Position numbers and translations under genes: made by a program
Source: Burkholderiales bacterium
GTDB lineage: Bacteria > Pseudomonadota > Gammaproteobacteria > Burkholderiales > Burkholderiaceae_C
Length of the DNA stretch: 64,000 nucleotides
Direction: 5' to 3'
Assembly (NCBI GenBank): GCA_038316145.1
Contig: JBBQAH010000001.1
Span: 10,322 to 74,321 of the forward strand
Shown here: in pieces, positions 38,700 through 48,763 of the stretch
How positions within the stretch are numbered: position 1 is the first letter of the stretch
How the letters are laid out: every line of letters starts with the position of its first letter
The notes under the pieces: model-generated
What the model was told of the DNA's origin: nothing
Seen by the model: only the letters and a program-made list of their open reading frames with translations
Databases searched by the model: none

Positions 38700-40811
38700 G
38701 TGAAAAAAGAAATCTCCACACCCGAAGTGAACCCGGACCCGCAGCGACAGCCACGCGAAGTTGGCAGCGGCCGGGTGGTGGCCGGCGGCGAGTTGCACGA
38801 ACAGGCGCAAGGCGCCCATCCGCCACTCACGACGCAGCAAGGACTCATCGTCCCGGACAACCAGAACTCGCTGCGCGTCGGCCCCCGCGGCCCGACCTTG
38901 CTTGAAGACTTCATCCTTCGCGAGAAGATCACCCACTTCGACCATGAGCGCATTCCCGAGCGCATCGTGCACGCCCGCGGCACCGGCGCCCACGGCCACT
39001 TTGAGCTGACACATTCGCTCGCGGCGTACACCACCGCCAAGGTTCTGACCGAGGTGGGTGTGAAGACGCCGGTGTTCAGCCGCATATCCACCGTGGCGGG
39101 CGGGTCGGGCTCGTCCGACACCCCGCGCGACGTGCGCGGCTTCGCCATCAAGTTCTACACATCGCAGGGCAATTGGGACTTGGTGGGCAACAACATCCCG
39201 GTGTTTTTCATCCAGGATGCGATCAAGTTTCCCGACCTGATCCACGCCGTGAAGATGGAGCCCGACAGGGGCTTTCCGCAGGCCGCCACGGCCCACGACA
39301 CTTTCTGGGATTTCATCTCACTGACCCCAGAGTCCATGCACATGGTGATGTGGATCATGTCGGACCGCACGTTACCGCGGTCGCTGCGCATGATCGAAGG
39401 ATTCGGCATCCACAGCTTCAGGCTGGTGAATGCCGATGGCGAATCCACTTTTGTCAAGTTCCACTGGCGTCCAAAGCTCGGCCTGCAGTCGACCCTCTGG
39501 GACGAAGCCTGCAAGATCGCCGGCGCCGATCCGGACTTCCATCGCCGCGATATGTTCGAGGCCCTGAGCGCGGGTGAAACCGCTGAATGGGAGTTTTCGG
39601 TGCAGTTGTTCACGCAGGAGATGGCCGACACCTTCCCTTTCGACCACCTCGACGCCACCAAGTTGATCCCCGAGGAACTGGTGCCGCTGACGGTGATCGG
39701 TCACCTGGTGCTGGACCGTTGGCCAAACAACTTCTTCGCCGAGACAGAGCAAGTCGCGTTCTGCCCGTCGCACCTGGTGCCGGGCATCGACTTCTCGAAC
39801 GACCCGCTGCTGCAGGGTCGGCTTTTTTCCTATCTTGATACCCAGTTGTCGCGTCTTGGCTCGCCCAACTTTGCCCAGTTGCCGATCAACGCACCCAAGT
39901 GTCCGTTTGCTCATCATCAACGCGATGGGCACATGCAGATGGCGCAGCCCGCCGGGCGGGTCGCCTACGAGCCCAGTTCACTGGCGGCCGATTCGCCTCG
40001 CGAGTCGGCAGCGGCCGGGTTTGTCACTGCTGTCACGCCCGAAAGCGGCGCCAAGGGGCGCATCCGCGCCGAGAGTTTTGCGGACCACTACAGCCAGGCG
40101 CGACAGTTCTGGCGCAGCCAGACCGGCTATGAGCAGGCGCACATCGCCTCGGCGCTGGTGTTCGAATTGTCGAAGGTGGAGCATCTGCATGTGAAGCAGG
40201 CCATGGTGGGACATCTGCGCCATGTGGACGGTAGCCTGGCGCAACGCGTGGCGGATGGATTGGGACTGGCAGGCCTGCCGGCTGCGCCCGGTACGGCGCA
40301 ACCTGTGCAGGACCTGCCGCCTTCTGCAGCCCTGCAGATCATCGGCAAGATGAAGGACAGCCTGGCAGGGCGATCTATCGGCATTCTGGTTGCCGACGGC
40401 TCCGATGGTTCGGCCATCGCCACCTTGAAGAAGGCTGCATTGGCGGCGGGCGCCAGTGTGAAACTCGTCGCACCCAAGGTGGGGGGTGTGAAGCTGGCCG
40501 ACGGTTCTGTATTGGCCGCGGACGGACAACTCGCCGGTACACCGTCGGTGATGTTTGACGCTGTCTCAGTCTTGCTGTCAGCGCAGGCTGCCAAGTCGCT
40601 TGCGGCCGAGTCGGCAGCGGTGGACTTCGTCCGTGATGCCTATGGCCACCTCAAGGCCTTCGCTGTCGACGCGGGCGGGCAAGATTTCTTGCAGGCGTGC
40701 GGCGTCCGGCCATGTGCGGGCGTCTTGGCTGTCACGGCGGTTGCCGAGTTCCTCGCTGCCGCGAAGACCAGGCAATGGGATCGGGAACGTTCGGTCCGTG
40801 GCTTGGCCTGA
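38700..40811 (+). CDS. katE: Large-subunit catalase HPII
   Basis: [31 protein letters not shown]-terminal DJ-1/GATase-like domain. Confidence 0.96.
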   Translation: MKKEISTPEVNPDPQRQPREVGSGRVVAGGELHEQAQGAHPPLTTQQGLIVPDNQNSLRVGPRGPTLLEDFILREKITHFDHERIPERIVHARGTGAHGHFELTHSLAAYTTAKVLTEVGVKTPVFSRISTVAGGSGSSDTPRDVRGFAIKFYTSQGNWDLVGNNIPVFFIQDAIKFPDLIHAVKMEPDRGFPQAATAHDTFWDFISLTPESMHMVMWIMSDRTLPRSLRMIEGFGIHSFRLVNADGESTFVKFHWRPKLGLQSTLWDEACKIAGADPDFHRRDMFEALSAGETAEWEFSVQLFTQEMADTFPFDHLDATKLIPEELVPLTVIGHLVLDRWPNNFFAETEQVAFCPSHLVPGIDFSNDPLLQGRLFSYLDTQLSRLGSPNFAQLPINAPKCPFAHHQRDGHMQMAQPAGRVAYEPSSLAADSPRESAAAGFVTAVTPESGAKGRIRAESFADHYSQARQFWRSQTGYEQAHIASALVFELSKVEHLHVKQAMVGHLRHVDGSLAQRVADGLGLAGLPAAPGTAQPVQDLPPSAALQIIGKMKDSLAGRSIGILVADGSDGSAIATLKKAALAAGASVKLVAPKVGGVKLADGSVLAADGQLAGTPSVMFDAVSVLLSAQAAKSLAAESAAVDFVRDAYGHLKAFAVDAGGQDFLQACGVRPCAGVLAVTAVAEFLAAAKTRQWDRERSVRGLA

Positions 40812-41029
40812 GGGCAAGTGAAGCCAGTCCGCACCAGCGCATCGCGCGCTAGATGCGGTTGGCTCTCAGGCAATGCAAGGCACGACAGGCGTCAACCTGA
40901 CGTGCCCGCGGGCAGGCATGGATCATGCCCACCCCATTCCTCGCCAAACCAGGCTGTCGGCGCCGGGCTTGGCCGCGGGGCGGTCAAGCGGTGAGCGTCA
41001 AAGGCCGACACAGGGCGTTGTCGGATGCT

Positions 41030-41737
41030 TCAGGCTCGACCGTCAAGGAACGCCTTGCCCCAGTTGTCCAGGAATACGGCCTGCATCTGCGCGACCACCG
41101 GGCCGTCGACCTGGAAGTGCGTTTCGCGCCAGTGCTCGGGGTCTTGCGCCGCGCCGGTCCACAACGGCACGATGCCCACACCGCCGGTAAAGCCGAGGCG
41201 GCCATCGACGACCAGCAGCTTGCGGTGCGTGCGGTTGTTCAAGCGGCCGAGATGCGACCAATGCGGCGGGTGGAACTTGTGAATCTGCACGCCCGCAGAC
41301 CTCATCGCCTCGAGCAGGGCGTCGTCCATCTTCGCGCTACCGACCCAATCGAGCAGCACATGCACTTTGACGCCGCTGCGCGCACGGTCGGCAAGTGCCT
41401 GGGTGAACGCGCGTCCGATGTCGCCAGACCAGTAGATGTAGGTCTCGAAAGTGACCGTCGTGGTCGCGCCACGTATCGCGGCCAGCATCGCCGGGAAAAT
41501 CTCGTCGCCGTTCGTCAACACCCGGACCCGGTTGCCGGCGACGAACTGCGGCCCGAGCATCACGCCGAGCTCCTGGTGAAAGCGCGGGTCTTCGAGCGAG
41601 TGCAGGCGCTCGACGTGGCGTTCAATCTTCTTTTCGCCGCCAATAGAATTGAATGCGATCACAGTGCCGATCAACGTCAGCAGGACGGCGGCGGCGGCTA
41701 TCGCGAGCGGGCGTCGTTTTAATGTCGCGAGCTTCAT
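41030..41737 (-). pseudogene. Cardiolipin synthase (ClsB-like), truncated after the first HKD motif
   Basis: NGDEIFPAML..ETYIY..LLDWVGS..RTHRKLLVVDG..GGVG..WRETH..FLDNW, then a stop; the second HKD is absent. Confidence 0.8.
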
Positions 41738-41759
41738 TGTCTCGTTGCACCCAGGGAGT

Positions 41760-41853
41760 CGGCATTCGGGTTGCGCGTCGTGGCATGCGCAAACTCTGCG
41801 AGCAACCGACTGTAGGGTCCCGGCGCAGTTGGTTGAGTGCGCTGCCGTACAGA
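41760..41853. promoter_or_regulatory. Divergent control region with a sigma-54-like site, a TGTAGG box and a Crp-variant palindrome
   Basis: CGGCATTCGGGTTGCG (41760), CTGTAGG (41810) and AGTGC-GCTGCC-GTACAGA (41836). Confidence 0.55.
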
Positions 41854-41977
41854 AGATCTCATCGCTTGTTTGTATGTTTCACCATGGTCGCTGTCGACGT
41901 CCGATCCGGCGTCTGCGCGGCCTCGGCCGGAGCCACGCGCTTCATTCATCCCGCCTCTGCTTTCGGACGCCACGCCC

Positions 41978-43243
41978 ATGAACCATGCCCTGTGCCACGG
42001 TCTTGCCGCGCTCGTATTCGGTGCCGCGTGCGCGGCAGTGCCTGCCGTCCGCGCTGCCGCGCTCGACACGCGCTTGATCGCCAGCGGCCTGAGCGCGCCG
42101 CTGTTCGCCACCGCCCCACTTGCCGACGGGCGCGTGTTCGTCGTCGAGCAAGGCGGCACGATCAAGATCGCGCAAGGCGGCACGGCGACAACCTTCCTCA
42201 CCCTTGCGGTGGCCACCGGCGGCGAGCAGGGCCTGCTCGGCCTGGCCTTCGACCCCGGCTACGCCACGCCGGCATCGGCGGGATACCGACGCTTCTTCGT
42301 CGACTACATCGATGCGACGACCCAAGACTCCGTGATCGCCAGCTACCGCACCAGCGCCAATGCCAGCGTGGCCGACCCCGGCAGCCGGGTGGAGGTACTG
42401 CGCCTGGACCAGCCTGACGGGCGCAGCAACCACAAGGCCGGTTGGCTCGGCTTCAAGCCCGGCGACGCCAACCACCTGTACATCGCCACCGGCGATGGCG
42501 GCGCCGCCAACGACCCCGACAACAACGCACAAAACACCGGGGTGCTGTTGGGCAAGATGCTGCGAATCAATGTCAACCGCGATGATTTTGCCAACCCCGA
42601 CATCAACTACGGCGTGCCTGCCGATAACCCCTTTGTGGGCGCGCCGGGCGCACGCGGCGAGATCTACGCCACCGGCCTGCGCAATCCCTTCCGCAACAGC
42701 TTTGACCGCGCCAACGGCAACCTCTGGATCGCCGATGTGGGCCAGGGTGCGCGCGAGGAGATCGACTTCATTGCCGCGGCCAGCGTCGGCGGCCAGAACT
42801 TCGGCTGGCGCATCCGCGAGGGCAACATCGCCACGCCCGGCATCGGCGACGCCGACCCGGGGGGACTGACTGGCCCGTTGCTGGACTACGACCACAGCGT
42901 TGGCGCCTCGATCACTGGCGGCTACGTTGTTCGTCAGGTTGGCTCGCCGCTGTACGGGCGCTATGTCTTCGGCGACTTCATCAGCGGCCGCATCTGGGCC
43001 ATCGCCGCCGATGGATCGTTGCAAAACCTGGCCAGCGCCCAGGACCTCACGGCGCTGCTCGACGCCGGAGCGGCCGGACCGCTGGGCAACATCTCGTCCT
43101 TCGGCGAAGGCGCGGATGGCGCCCTCTTCATCGTCGACTACGCCGGCAAGGTGGTGCAAGTTGTGCCCGAGCCACCGGCCGCGCTGTTGCTGCTGGGTGG
43201 CACCGCACTGCTGTTGCTGCACCGCAGGCGGCAACCGGCCTGA
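41978..43243 (+). CDS. PQQ-dependent glucose/sorbosone dehydrogenase family protein with PEP-CTERM sorting signal
   Basis: Signal peptide; GEQGLLGLAF, NHKAG, GDGG, GKMLRI, GLRNP, DVGQ..EEID, ISSFGE; C-terminal VPEP-TM-RRR. Confidence 0.92.
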   Translation: MNHALCHGLAALVFGAACAAVPAVRAAALDTRLIASGLSAPLFATAPLADGRVFVVEQGGTIKIAQGGTATTFLTLAVATGGEQGLLGLAFDPGYATPASAGYRRFFVDYIDATTQDSVIASYRTSANASVADPGSRVEVLRLDQPDGRSNHKAGWLGFKPGDANHLYIATGDGGAANDPDNNAQNTGVLLGKMLRINVNRDDFANPDINYGVPADNPFVGAPGARGEIYATGLRNPFRNSFDRANGNLWIADVGQGAREEIDFIAAASVGGQNFGWRIREGNIATPGIGDADPGGLTGPLLDYDHSVGASITGGYVVRQVGSPLYGRYVFGDFISGRIWAIAADGSLQNLASAQDLTALLDAGAAGPLGNISSFGEGADGALFIVDYAGKVVQVVPEPPAALLLLGGTALLLLHRRRQPA

Positions 43244-43568
43244 GGTGGTCGGACGGCCCCGAGCACCGGACGCTGCGCTGAAGTGAACCGGCGCAGTAGC
43301 GCCCGTCGGCAGCGGCCATGCGCTGAGCCTTACCAATCAGCGCCTACGCAACGGCGGGTTCGGTTGGGACCTGGTCAATCAGCTGGTGTCATCGATCACC
43401 TCGGTTGCCACGTAACCCACTGTGCCGTGCACAGCGCAGCAACGGCGCCGTCGCTCCGAAAGCAACAGCGTCCGACGCGGCAGCGGCACAACCGCCTACG
43501 CCTGGCCTGCAGCGCCGGCCCGACAATATTTGGGACGGCGCCAGCATCGCCGCCCACCTGGAGAGCCC

Positions 43569-43913
43569 ATGCCAAGCCCGATTGCCCCAGCATCCGCCCC
43601 TTTGCCAGTTGACCCGGCCAGCGCCGCGCCAGCGCCGCCCAGCGGCCCCGCCACAACGGCCGGCGGCCTGGCGTTGCCACATGAACGTGACCAAGACGGG
43701 GGCCATACCGCTGTTGCGCCTGACCCAGTGATCCAGCAGGCCAAGCGCGATCTTGACGCCGGCCAAGTCGACACCGACATGCATGCCACGCCGGGACTCG
43801 ACGCATTGGAGCGCGAGCGCCTGGTGCCCAAGCGGCAGGCGGAAAAGGCACCCGCACCAGCCAAAACTGACCCGGCTGGCGCGGCACGCGGCGCGGGCCA
43901 TCCTGGCCGATGA
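43569..43913 (+). CDS. Small conserved hypothetical protein
   Basis: RBS GGAGAG; LPHERDQ..PVIQQAKRDLDAGQVDTDM. Confidence 0.7.
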   Translation: MPSPIAPASAPLPVDPASAAPAPPSGPATTAGGLALPHERDQDGGHTAVAPDPVIQQAKRDLDAGQVDTDMHATPGLDALERERLVPKRQAEKAPAPAKTDPAGAARGAGHPGR

Positions 43914-44060
43914 TGTCCGTGACAGCCCTCGGACGGCGCTGCTTGGGCAGCCGTTGCTGCTGCTCCTGCTGAGCCTGACACCCGAGACGAGGTCTTTCAG
44001 CTCGAACACCCCGACCGGCGCGGTCATGCACTGCTTGCTGGTCCTGATCGAGACCGTTTG
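43890..44060 (-). pseudogene. Decayed C-terminal fragment of another rpoN
   Basis: [25 protein letters not shown]..AVRGL / (frameshift) TDIIGQD aligns by eye with the window's RpoN [35 protein letters not shown]. Confidence 0.72.
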
Positions 44061-44159
44061 CCCTTGGCCGGTACCCAGCCGCCGTTCCCAGTCGCTGCAG
44101 ACCAGTCGCGGCGGTGGCGCCGGTGGGCTCGACAGCACATTGCCGGCGCAGCATGACAT

Positions 44160-44909
44160 TCAACGCCAGCGGCGCAGCCAGGGTTCGCGGGCGCCCGCCA
44201 GCGCCTCGTCGCGCGCGGCCGGGTGCGTGCGCAAAATCCGCAATCCGCCCTGCAGATAGGCGCCATTGAGCAGGCGCGCGGCGCGTTCGATCCCCATGCC
44301 AGGCCAGGCAGCGACGTCGTGGAGCGAGGCAATGTCATGGCGCAGGCGCTGCAGACTGAATTTAACGGTGCCGCCGGCAAGACCATCGTCGCTGGTGTCG
44401 GCCGTGATCTTGTACGCGGCGCGTCCACCGATCCCGGCGACCAGGCCGCTGAATGGTGCATACATGGCCATCGCCCACAGCAATGGCTGATTTACCCGAC
44501 AGCCCGGGCCCTCGGACATGCGCTCGACCTGCCCATGCCGCGGCGGATGCAGGCCGGCCGGCTCGACGGCGATCACTGCCAGATCACGGCCGTTCTCTCG
44601 CAGGGACGCGATGATCGAGCGGGGCAGGTGGTGCAGGTTGTGCTGAGGAAACAGCGTCAACGGCCAGACCAGGCCACCCAGTCGCAACAAGATCAGCGCG
44701 TTTTCACGGTGGCGCACACACGCCGCCAGTACCTCAAGTATCGGCAGCGACGTTTGGCGGCTTTCGAGTTGCGACAAGGCGGCAATCAACGCGCTCGGCA
44801 ACATGACGCTACGTACCGGCCCGAAGCCGCTGCCTGTGGTCTCCGCCCGCGGGCGCGGGAAGGCGTTGACCTGCCACAAGGTAGATTCGTCGAAGTCCCG
44901 AAGCGCCAT
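44160..44909 (-). CDS. Conserved hypothetical protein
   Basis: 249-aa ORF, coding-like (EVLAACVRH..VWPLTLFP..PLLWAMA..ERAARLLNGAYLQGGL). Confidence 0.7.
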   Translation of the reverse strand: MALRDFDESTLWQVNAFPRPRAETTGSGFGPVRSVMLPSALIAALSQLESRQTSLPILEVLAACVRHRENALILLRLGGLVWPLTLFPQHNLHHLPRSIIASLRENGRDLAVIAVEPAGLHPPRHGQVERMSEGPGCRVNQPLLWAMAMYAPFSGLVAGIGGRAAYKITADTSDDGLAGGTVKFSLQRLRHDIASLHDVAAWPGMGIERAARLLNGAYLQGGLRILRTHPAARDEALAGAREPWLRRWR

Positions 44910-44921
44910 GGGCCACTGCAG

Positions 44922-44937
44922 GGCAATCGGCGTGCCC
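44922..44937 (-). promoter_or_regulatory. Putative sigma-54 -24/-12 site (leaderless position)
   Basis: Minus strand GGGCACGCCGATTGCC, with the GC about 14 nt from ATG 44909. Confidence 0.6.
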
Positions 44938-44986
44938 GAGACGCTGCCAGTCCAGCGGCACGCCGACCCACCGCCGCTAACTGCCG

Positions 44987-45895
44987 CTAACCGCCGCCGG
45001 CGATCGCCTCCGAAGCCTTGCCGCGCTGGGCCACCTCACGGCTGGCACGCTCGAACTCCGCGATCACCTGGGCGCCGAAGAGTAGCAACGTGGCGGCCAG
45101 TTCCAGACTCAGCAGCACGGCGATCGCGGTGGTCAAGGAGCCGTAAACCGTGCCGATCTGCGACAGTGTCGTGAAGTACCAGACCAGCAGGTGGCGCGTG
45201 ATCTCCCAGCATACTGTTGCCACGACAGCCCCGATCACCGCATGACGCAGTTGCAGCCGGCCAACCGGCATTACCAGGTACACCGAGGTCAGCACAAAGA
45301 CCTCGCCTGCCACGCCAAGCAGATACAGCAGCAGCCCGGACATGCCGCTGAGTGACCAGTCGCGCCCGAAGAGATGTACGCTTTCCTGCCCGATCGCTTG
45401 GAGGCTGCCGGCGACCAGCGTGACCAGCAGCAAGCCGATGCCCAGGCACAGGATGTAGGCGTACGGCAGGGCTGCCGAGACCATGAAGTGCCGCCGCCGA
45501 ATCGAAACCCGGTGGTGGAAGATGACCGCCATCGCGCCTTCGAGCACGGTGAACGCGAGCGAACTGAAAAATAACATGGTGGCCAGCAGCACCCAGCCCA
45601 CCACGTCGCGGTGGCGCAGGAAATCCGCCATCTCCGCCACAATCGCCGCCGCCTGCCCGGGCATCAGCCATTCGAGGTAGCGGCGCAAGGTCTGCAGCAG
45701 ATCGTCCTGGTCGATCACATGGGACAAAGCGACGACGCTCAAGATCAACATCGGCACGATCGACAGCAGCGCGTAATACGCCACCGCTCCGGCCAGCAGC
45801 AGCCCCTGGTTGGCGCGGAACGCGCGCAGCGCACGCAGCATGAACCGCCCCGGTTGGCGGAGCAGGGTGCTGGCATAGGGGCCGGAGTGTGGCAT
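44987..45895 (-). CDS. YihY/BrkB family membrane protein (second copy)
   Basis: NQGLLLAGAVAYYALLSIVP..VYGSLTTAIAVLLSLE..LLLFGAQVIAE. Confidence 0.9.
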   Translation of the reverse strand: MPHSGPYASTLLRQPGRFMLRALRAFRANQGLLLAGAVAYYALLSIVPMLILSVVALSHVIDQDDLLQTLRRYLEWLMPGQAAAIVAEMADFLRHRDVVGWVLLATMLFFSSLAFTVLEGAMAVIFHHRVSIRRRHFMVSAALPYAYILCLGIGLLLVTLVAGSLQAIGQESVHLFGRDWSLSGMSGLLLYLLGVAGEVFVLTSVYLVMPVGRLQLRHAVIGAVVATVCWEITRHLLVWYFTTLSQIGTVYGSLTTAIAVLLSLELAATLLLFGAQVIAEFERASREVAQRGKASEAIAGGG

Positions 45896-46519
45896 CGGAA
45901 GACAGTTCGTCGGTGGTGGCAGTCGTTGATCGGTGTCAGTGGCAATGTGGCGTGGCGGGTGGGACGCGAGCCATTGGGAGACTTGGGTCTGGCAAGGCAG
46001 GTGCCTGGCCGGTTGCGTGACGTGATCCAGGGATGGGTCAGCAAGGGTAGCCCAAGCAGCAAAAAATCGAGGCGACAAGCTCGGCGAGGGTGTATGGCCG
46101 GCCGCCCCGGAGGGCGACTGCAAACAACCTGACGCCCCACAAACACCCGCCTCCGGTCGCCACCCTGCACCGGACACAGAGGCTGTGGCACACCGTGACG
46201 AACCGGCTTGAGTACGTGGCCGGACTGCGTCGGCGCCTCGGCCTGATGCTGTAAATCTTGGAAGCGGCGATCAATGGCGCTGACGCCGATGGCGCTGCCG
46301 CGGAGCAGCCATGCGGTAGTGATCGGCAGCGGGGCGTTGACCGAGGGCCTCAACCCGCGCCAGGCCCTGGTCCAGGTGAGCGTCCGAGTGGCGGGCAAAG
46401 CTCTGGGCATGCGCGTGACGTCTGTCCAGTACGCGTTCTTGCCCTGCGGGGTGCCGGCCGGTCAGCACCGCTTCAGCGCGAGCGCATGAGGCGCCAGCGC
46501 TGGCGCGCCCGGACACGCC

Positions 46520-46640
46520 GGATGTGTACCATCAACCAAGCCATGCCGGCTGCAAAGCCCGCGACCACATCGCTGGCAACGTGCAGCTGCAGAAACACAG
46601 GGTTGCCGCCGACAGTAAAGGCCAGCGCGGTTGCGCCCAG
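46520..46640 (-). pseudogene. PAP2 phosphatase C-terminal remnant
   Basis: VFLQLHVASDVVAGFAAGMAWL resembles the PAP2 SRxxxxxHxxxD motif. Confidence 0.5.
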
Positions 46641-46644
46641 CTGA

Positions 46645-47487
46645 TCAGGCCGGTTGCCGCTGCGGCAGTCGATGCACCGACACACATTCGAAGCGCTGTG
46701 CCGCCGGCACATGATCCCAGCGCTCGATCTGCAGCGGCCGTGCTGCAGCAGCGCCCGAAGGTCCCACGGTGCCGGTACCGGCGTCGATGCGGAAGAGGTT
46801 TACGGAGTTGCCGGCATCGGCCCGCACCCGTTCGCTGACAGCTGTGCCGGCCTGCACCGCCCACATGCGCCGCGGCAGGCCGGCCCATTGATCATGCAGC
46901 GGCAGCACGAAGGGCAGGTGGATGTGGCCGCCCAGCACCAGGTCCACACCCGCTGCCGACCAGCGCCGAACCGCAGCGTCTCGGCCGTGCAGCAGGTTGT
47001 GCACATCCTGCGGCCGTGACACGGCCACCGGCTGGTGCACGACGACGATGCGCCACTGCGTGGCCGGGGCCTGTTCACAGCGCCGCGCCACGCGCTCGAT
47101 CTGCGCTGCGCTGAGCTCACCGTCGACGTGGCGCCAGCGCCGCGTGGTGTTGAGTGCGAGCACCAGCACCTCAGGATTCTCGAATTGGGGTTCAAGCTCA
47201 TGGCCGAAGGCCCGTGCATAGCGTGCATAGGGCCACAGCAGCCGCGCGGCCAGGTTGAACAACGGAATGTCGTGGTTGCCCGGTATCGCCACCAGCGCCG
47301 GCAGCGCCAGCCGGTCTACAAAACGGCGCGCTACGGCAAACTGCGCGCGCGTGGCTCGTTGCGTGATATCGCCCGACAGCAGCAACACGTCGGGCCGCTG
47401 CTCGCGCACCAGGTCCTCCAGCGCTGCGACCACCGGCGCGCGCTCGGTGCCGAAGTGCGGGTCCGAGACCTGCAGCAGCAAGGTCAT
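46645..47487 (-). CDS. Metallophosphoesterase (Icc/CpdA-like)
   Basis: SDPHFG, SGDITQ, PGNHD, VVHQP, GGHIH; translationally coupled (ATGA) to the DAGK gene. Confidence 0.92.
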   Translation of the reverse strand: MTLLLQVSDPHFGTERAPVVAALEDLVREQRPDVLLLSGDITQRATRAQFAVARRFVDRLALPALVAIPGNHDIPLFNLAARLLWPYARYARAFGHELEPQFENPEVLVLALNTTRRWRHVDGELSAAQIERVARRCEQAPATQWRIVVVHQPVAVSRPQDVHNLLHGRDAAVRRWSAAGVDLVLGGHIHLPFVLPLHDQWAGLPRRMWAVQAGTAVSERVRADAGNSVNLFRIDAGTGTVGPSGAAAARPLQIERWDHVPAAQRFECVSVHRLPQRQPA

Positions 47488-48503
47488 GGCGCAGCGCGCT
47501 CCGGTGCCGGTGTGTCCGGGCGGATCAGCCACAAGGGCTCACGGGCCACCGCGAACTCGAGCGGCATCGGCAGCCAGACAATCTCGCCGTCGGTCGCCAC
47601 CTTGACGCGTCGAGCACCGAAGGCCCGCGCCGAGTGCACGTTCAAACGCACACACGGAATGCTGATCACCTGGTCGGTGTCGCCGAGTTTGCCGAAGGCG
47701 CCCCGCAGCAACAGCGCGAGCATCGACAGGCGCGATACCGGGCGCAGCATGATGGCCGCCAGCGCGCCGCCATCGATGTCCTTTGCCAGAGAAAACCCCA
47801 GTTGCTCCATTTGCAGCGCGTTGTTGCCGACAAACAGCGTCGGGGTGCGCACATTGCGCGTTTTGCCCTGAACCTCGATCCGCAGGCGCAGGCTGCGGTA
47901 GCCGCGCAGCAATGTGGCCAGCCCGGCGCCGAAGGCCACCAGCCGGCTGCGCCCGAACTGTTGCTTCCAGCCTTCGCGGTCTTCCAGCAATTTCGGGTAC
48001 AGCCCCAAGCTGGCATTGACCAGGAACACACGCCCGTTCACCAGGCCTACCTGGGCGGGCTGCGCCCTGGCGTGCAACAGGACCTGCATAGCCTCAGCCG
48101 TGTCGGACGGAATGCCGTGGGTCCGGCTGAAGTAGTTGAAAGTGCCTTGCGGCAGCACGCCATAGGCGCAGCCGCTGCCAAGCACGGCCTGCGCAACGGC
48201 GTTCAGCGTGCCGTCACCCCCCGCTGCGACGACCACACCCTGCGCCTGTTGCGCGCGCTGCACGGCCTCGCGCGCCAGCGCAGGCAGCTTGCTGGGATCG
48301 TCCACATCCATCAGCTCGAACGCACGCCCGGCAGCACCGCAGGCCTGCTGGATAGCCGCGCGTACACGGGCTTCGTCACCCGAGCCAGCACCCAGGTTGA
48401 AGACGATGAACAACGGCCCGGTGGTCGGCACCGGCATCGGCACGCGGCCTTCCCTGACGGCCTGACCCTGCGCAGCGCCCGCCGCTGGCTGCAGCGTTTT
48501 CAA
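47484..48503 (-). CDS. Diacylglycerol kinase family lipid kinase
   Basis: AAGGDGT, LPQGTFNYF, FLVNASLG, ATDGE; the start may be 48437-48443. Confidence 0.92.
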   Translation of the reverse strand: MKTLQPAAGAAQGQAVREGRVPMPVPTTGPLFIVFNLGAGSGDEARVRAAIQQACGAAGRAFELMDVDDPSKLPALAREAVQRAQQAQGVVVAAGGDGTLNAVAQAVLGSGCAYGVLPQGTFNYFSRTHGIPSDTAEAMQVLLHARAQPAQVGLVNGRVFLVNASLGLYPKLLEDREGWKQQFGRSRLVAFGAGLATLLRGYRSLRLRIEVQGKTRNVRTPTLFVGNNALQMEQLGFSLAKDIDGGALAAIMLRPVSRLSMLALLLRGAFGKLGDTDQVISIPCVRLNVHSARAFGARRVKVATDGEIVWLPMPLEFAVAREPLWLIRPDTPAPERAAP

Positions 48504-48763
48504 GGCGAGGCGATCCTGGCGCTGCGCCCCGGGTGGCCTGCGGCGCTACGCCGCTTGACATCCAACGCTATGTTCATGCCTGCGCCTCCTGCGGGTGGGT
48601 GCTCGTTGCGAAGTATGCGCGTGGCCGACGGCTGGCGGCGCCGAACGCGGCCAGGGGGGCAACGGCCGGCGGCTTCGTGCTCAGCGCTCGGGGCTTTCAG
48701 AGGCTTCATGTTTTGGCAATTCCGGGGCGCTGCTGCGCTGCGCAGCCTGGCCAGGTATCCCGC

